Below are positions 60,662-64,000 of a stretch of DNA of 64,000 nt, piece after piece. The position numbers and the translations under genes are program-made. The stretch covers positions 372,001-436,000 of the forward strand of contig BCGN01000001.1 of the NCBI GenBank assembly GCA_001599295.1. The letters are read 5' to 3'. This DNA is from Sporopachydermia quercuum (Eukaryota). Numbering within the stretch: position 1 is the first letter of the stretch; every line of letters begins with the position of its first letter. Below the pieces are notes generated by a model that was not told the DNA's origin, did not search any database, and saw nothing but the letters and a program-made list of their open reading frames with translations.

Positions 60662-61162
60662 TCAGCTCGGACCTTTTGCATGTCGGAAAAACTTCATCCC
60701 CATCCACGAACAAATACACCAGACCCAAGCCACAACTGCAGTAAGACATACTAAACAAGGATAATAATTTCTCATTGGGAAGTCTCCTTGATTGTTTAGG
60801 AAATCTGCACTTCTTAAAACAGCAGAGATAGTATTAGCCAGCCAAGCTAGTCCTATCGAACGAAAAATAACAATACTTTCTTCGGCTAAAGGTGCCCATA
60901 AGCCAAAAATGAAGCCTATTCCGGTAATGAAAGTAGTCCAGGTCAAAAATAGAATCACTAATCCAAGTCGTTTCACGTGCTGTGGCGTGTAATCGGGTAG
61001 AAACTCTTCTTTTGGCCTTAATATAGGTCTGAAAAGAGGATTTGTGACTGAGGGTGACGAGTTTCTCGGGAGGCGCAGCGGCATTAACACTTCATCCATT
61101 TCTATGGCTTGGACAAGTATCGAGTCCATAGACAGCGGGGTCTCCGAGCGCTCATGATCCAT
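60662..61162 (-). CDS. Two-TM protein resembling the fungal PIG-Y family (GPI-GlcNAc transferase subunit-like)
   Basis: ATG at 61162 in an aaaATG context. TM1 is LGLVILFLTWTTFITGIGFIFGLW; the C-terminus YYPCLVCLTAVVAWVWCICSWMGMKFFRHAK fits the W.G.K.FRH ending of PIG-Y-like proteins. Confidence 0.6.
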   Translation of the reverse strand: MDHERSETPLSMDSILVQAIEMDEVLMPLRLPRNSSPSVTNPLFRPILRPKEEFLPDYTPQHVKRLGLVILFLTWTTFITGIGFIFGLWAPLAEESIVIFRSIGLAWLANTISAVLRSADFLNNQGDFPMRNYYPCLVCLTAVVAWVWCICSWMGMKFFRHAKGPS

Positions 61163-61826
61163 TTTGGAGTGTATATTTGTGGCACATAGATGGCTATATG
61201 AATTGGTGGCAGACAACCTGCATCCGGTATTGGAAACAGCAGTTGGGAAACGGTTGCATAAAAAATAATATTCCAAGAGGTGCGATGTACTCGATGAAAG
61301 AAGATGTTACAATGACAATAACCACAACTTATGTGGCTTGAACGCGTGTTTTTGGCCGTATCAAAATAGTAAAAGGTTGCATAGAATCGCTTTCAACGTT
61401 TTGGTTATTCCAGAATAATCAAAAAGACACAGAATAGTAGCGTAGTACAGAAACGAGTGAGAAGTTAAGGAATTCTTAGTAGCTATCGTTTTCTGAAAGC
61501 AGATAACGAACGTACTTGTCTGGGGATTAAACATGTTGTCGACATTCATGTTTGTGATATTCATAGATGAGTTGTATTTATTTGTCATGTGTCTGCGTTC
61601 TTGACATTTAGTCCAATTATTTGTCCCATTACCAAAGAAATAACTTCATGACATACATACGATGTGCATAATAATACAACTCATATCTATATATAAAGTA
61701 GTTATCAATCACTTCATACTTAATCCTGGCTTTGCCTCTTGTATTCTTTTTGTTAATCACCGCAATTTTCAGACACCAAGTATAATTAGAGAAAGAACCT
61801 GCTCTACTCCACAATATGTTTCCAAA

Positions 61827-63345
61827 ATGAGTAGTGAAATAGATATAGCTTTACTGACTTCTCAAATAAGTCAACTGCTTACTAAATCGAGCAAACTTCA
61901 AAAAGTATTTAAACCCTGGTTACACCCCGAATATAACATTGATTCCGCTCTAGATTCCGCTCTAGATTCCACTTCCTTCCTCCCGATCTCCACGGTGTCC
62001 AGTCATCATCCACCTCCAAGAATCCCTCCAAGAATCCCTCCAAGGACCTCTGCGGTTTCTTATCCCCCACGCGATGTGTTGTTCAAATCGGCATTTGCTC
62101 GGAAACTAGAGTCTCTTTCTAGATTGCCGTTCCAGTATGAAGACGGAGAGTTACTTGATTCGGCATTGGAAGTAATTGATTTGGCAAAAATATATGAGAG
62201 TGCAGAGATAAGGTTTGGAAAAGAGGAAGAGAAAAGGCGGGACAATATCGGAAAGGAAATAGAAACGTGGGGTTACCAAGATTGTGTAATGCAAGAGTTA
62301 TTGAAATGGTTTAAAAATGACTTTTTTGTATGGGTTGATAGCTTGAAATGCGAAAATTGTGAGGTATGTTTGTGCTTTGTATTGTAAAGTGGGAGATTTA
62401 CAGTGGAGCAGATCTAACTATGTATTTGTGGCTGGAAAATCGGAAGGTTTAATGTGTGTTATCAGGTAATATGGAGTTTGAGTTTGTCTTATCCGTCGGT
62501 GCCTCTTCAATCTTTTAATATAAATGAACTTACCCCCCTGAGAAAGATATACCGAAGTAGGTGATTTACTTTCATGAAAGTGATGAGCCAAATTTGAGTC
62601 ACATTTGCCCCACTTTTTACTTGTTCCTCCTTTCTTTTTTCCTACCAACTCTGACTTCCACTAACATTTATCTTAGATCCCCACTAAAATCCTATCAGCT
62701 ACTCCTCCAACCCAACAGGAATCTCAATATGGGACCACAAACACAGAGCTACACAAATGTCCCTCTTGTTCCCGCATTTACAGATTCCCAAGGTACAACT
62801 CACCTCGTATCCTGCTCCAAACAAGGAAGGGAAGATGCGGGGAGTGGGCCAATTGCTTTGCCCTCCTAGCTAGAGCATTAGGCGCTCGTATCCGCTATGT
62901 TTGGAATGCGGAAGATCACGTGTGGACAGAAATATTCTCCTATTATAAAAATAAATGGGTACACGTTGATAGCTGTGAGGAAGCGTGGGATCATCCGAGA
63001 TTATATACCAATGGGTGGGGTAAAAAGATGTCATATGTCGTTGGTTTTGGGGTAGATGGATGTGTAGATGTTACAAGACGGTATGTTGATATGCGTGGTA
63101 GCAACTTATTACCGAGAAAGCAAATTGATGAGATACAATTGAAATTGGTGTTAGGTTTTTTAACGGAAGAGATGCGGAACAGATTTACATTGGCGGAAAA
63201 GGAAAAACTAAGGTTAGAAGATGAAGCGGAAGAAGCAGAGTTAAGACGGTTACAAGGAGACATTGTGGAGCGAGAAGAACGGATGCTGCCAAGGCAAACT
63301 GGAAGTTTGGATTGGAAGAAAAGCCGAGGGGAAGATGGAAGCTGA
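61827..63345 (+). CDS. PNG1: Peptide:N-glycanase; exons 61827-62363, 62677-63345 (401 aa)
   Basis: LLKWFKNDFFVWVD, Zn CxxC pairs (CENC, CPSC), RFPRYN, GRCGEWANCF, EDHVWTE, WVHVDSCE, GWGKKMSY and RQTGSLDWKKSRGEDG. Confidence 0.95.
61941..62044 (+). repeat. Two perfect 12-bp tandem duplications in PNG1 exon 1
   Basis: (gattccgctcta)x2.5 at 61941-61970 encodes DSALDSALDS. (cctccaagaatc)x2.7 at 62013-62044 encodes PPRIPPRIPPR. Confidence 0.85.
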
Positions 63346-64000
63346 GTGACTTGGATATATGCTGTTGACGTGTGGAGTATGTTGCTCTTAGAAAGTTGTA
63401 TGTGAAATTTTACGCCATTTTAACCCTTATCTGGCTACCTGTTCGAATATCGCCAAGGACTCGCAATTCATAGCTGGTTGTTTCCGTACTGGTCCAGTGA
63501 TCCGCATTCGAGAAATTGCAACCGCTATTACTTCCCTTCAGACTATTATCATAGGGGTGTACTAGCAAAGTGGTGTAGCTATAATTGAATGGAGGTCGTA
63601 GAGCCATTATTTTAGTCTATTGAGAATATCGGAAAATATTATATGATGAGCTTATAAAGTCACATTTAAATAATGTTTGGATAGATAAATAGAGCTAAAC
63701 TTTATTTTGACCGCCGTTTGAAAGTTTAATTGTTTTTATTGATTATTCTGATTATTTGATTGATCCTCTAAATATAAAACGAAATCACTTAAAGGTAATA
63801 GTCTCTATGAATTCAAAAGATTATCTGTATTCCAGAAGTATTTTCATCAAAATCATATAAATTCCTATCCTGTTTCTCATAATACCTAGGATGGAAATAG
63901 AATTTTATTATCAAACTTAAGAATTAGCTAAGATTTTGAATTTACATAAAGTTCCTTGAAATCTGGGGTACAACTTTTTTTATTTTTTATTTTAGAAGGG

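Overview
This is eukaryotic nuclear DNA from an AT-rich, intron-rich budding yeast. CTG falls at conserved Leu positions, so the standard code applies. Introns are GT-AG with a TACTAAC-like branch point close to the acceptor. I can support 23 protein-coding genes, in order: GAS3 (truncated at the left edge), an F-box-like orphan, PHO85, a small heat-shock protein, an MCY1-like cysteine synthase, TRM44, NOP4, CHL4, VPS16, ELC1, RMD5, FZO1, INA17, an Ariadne/HEL1 RBR ligase, ARP4, MIC60, RIC8, YPT52, UTP10, DHR2, MSY1, a PIG-Y-like membrane protein and PNG1. I reconstructed 20 coding-region introns by hand, and each spliced model keeps its frame. The protein content is mostly housekeeping. I saw no tRNA, rRNA, transposon or CRISPR array. 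The best leads are non-coding: (1) a ~580-nt multi-hairpin element closed by long-range helices inside the 839-nt third intron of RIC8; (2) fold-back long introns in MSY1 and PNG1; (3) nested hairpins downstream of MCY1 and PNG1; (4) splicing oddities, namely a 9-nt PHO85 microexon, a tandem acceptor in MSY1 where only the distal AG is productive, and 5'UTR introns. Gene names come from remembered family motifs, not from database searches, and all pairings were found by eye.
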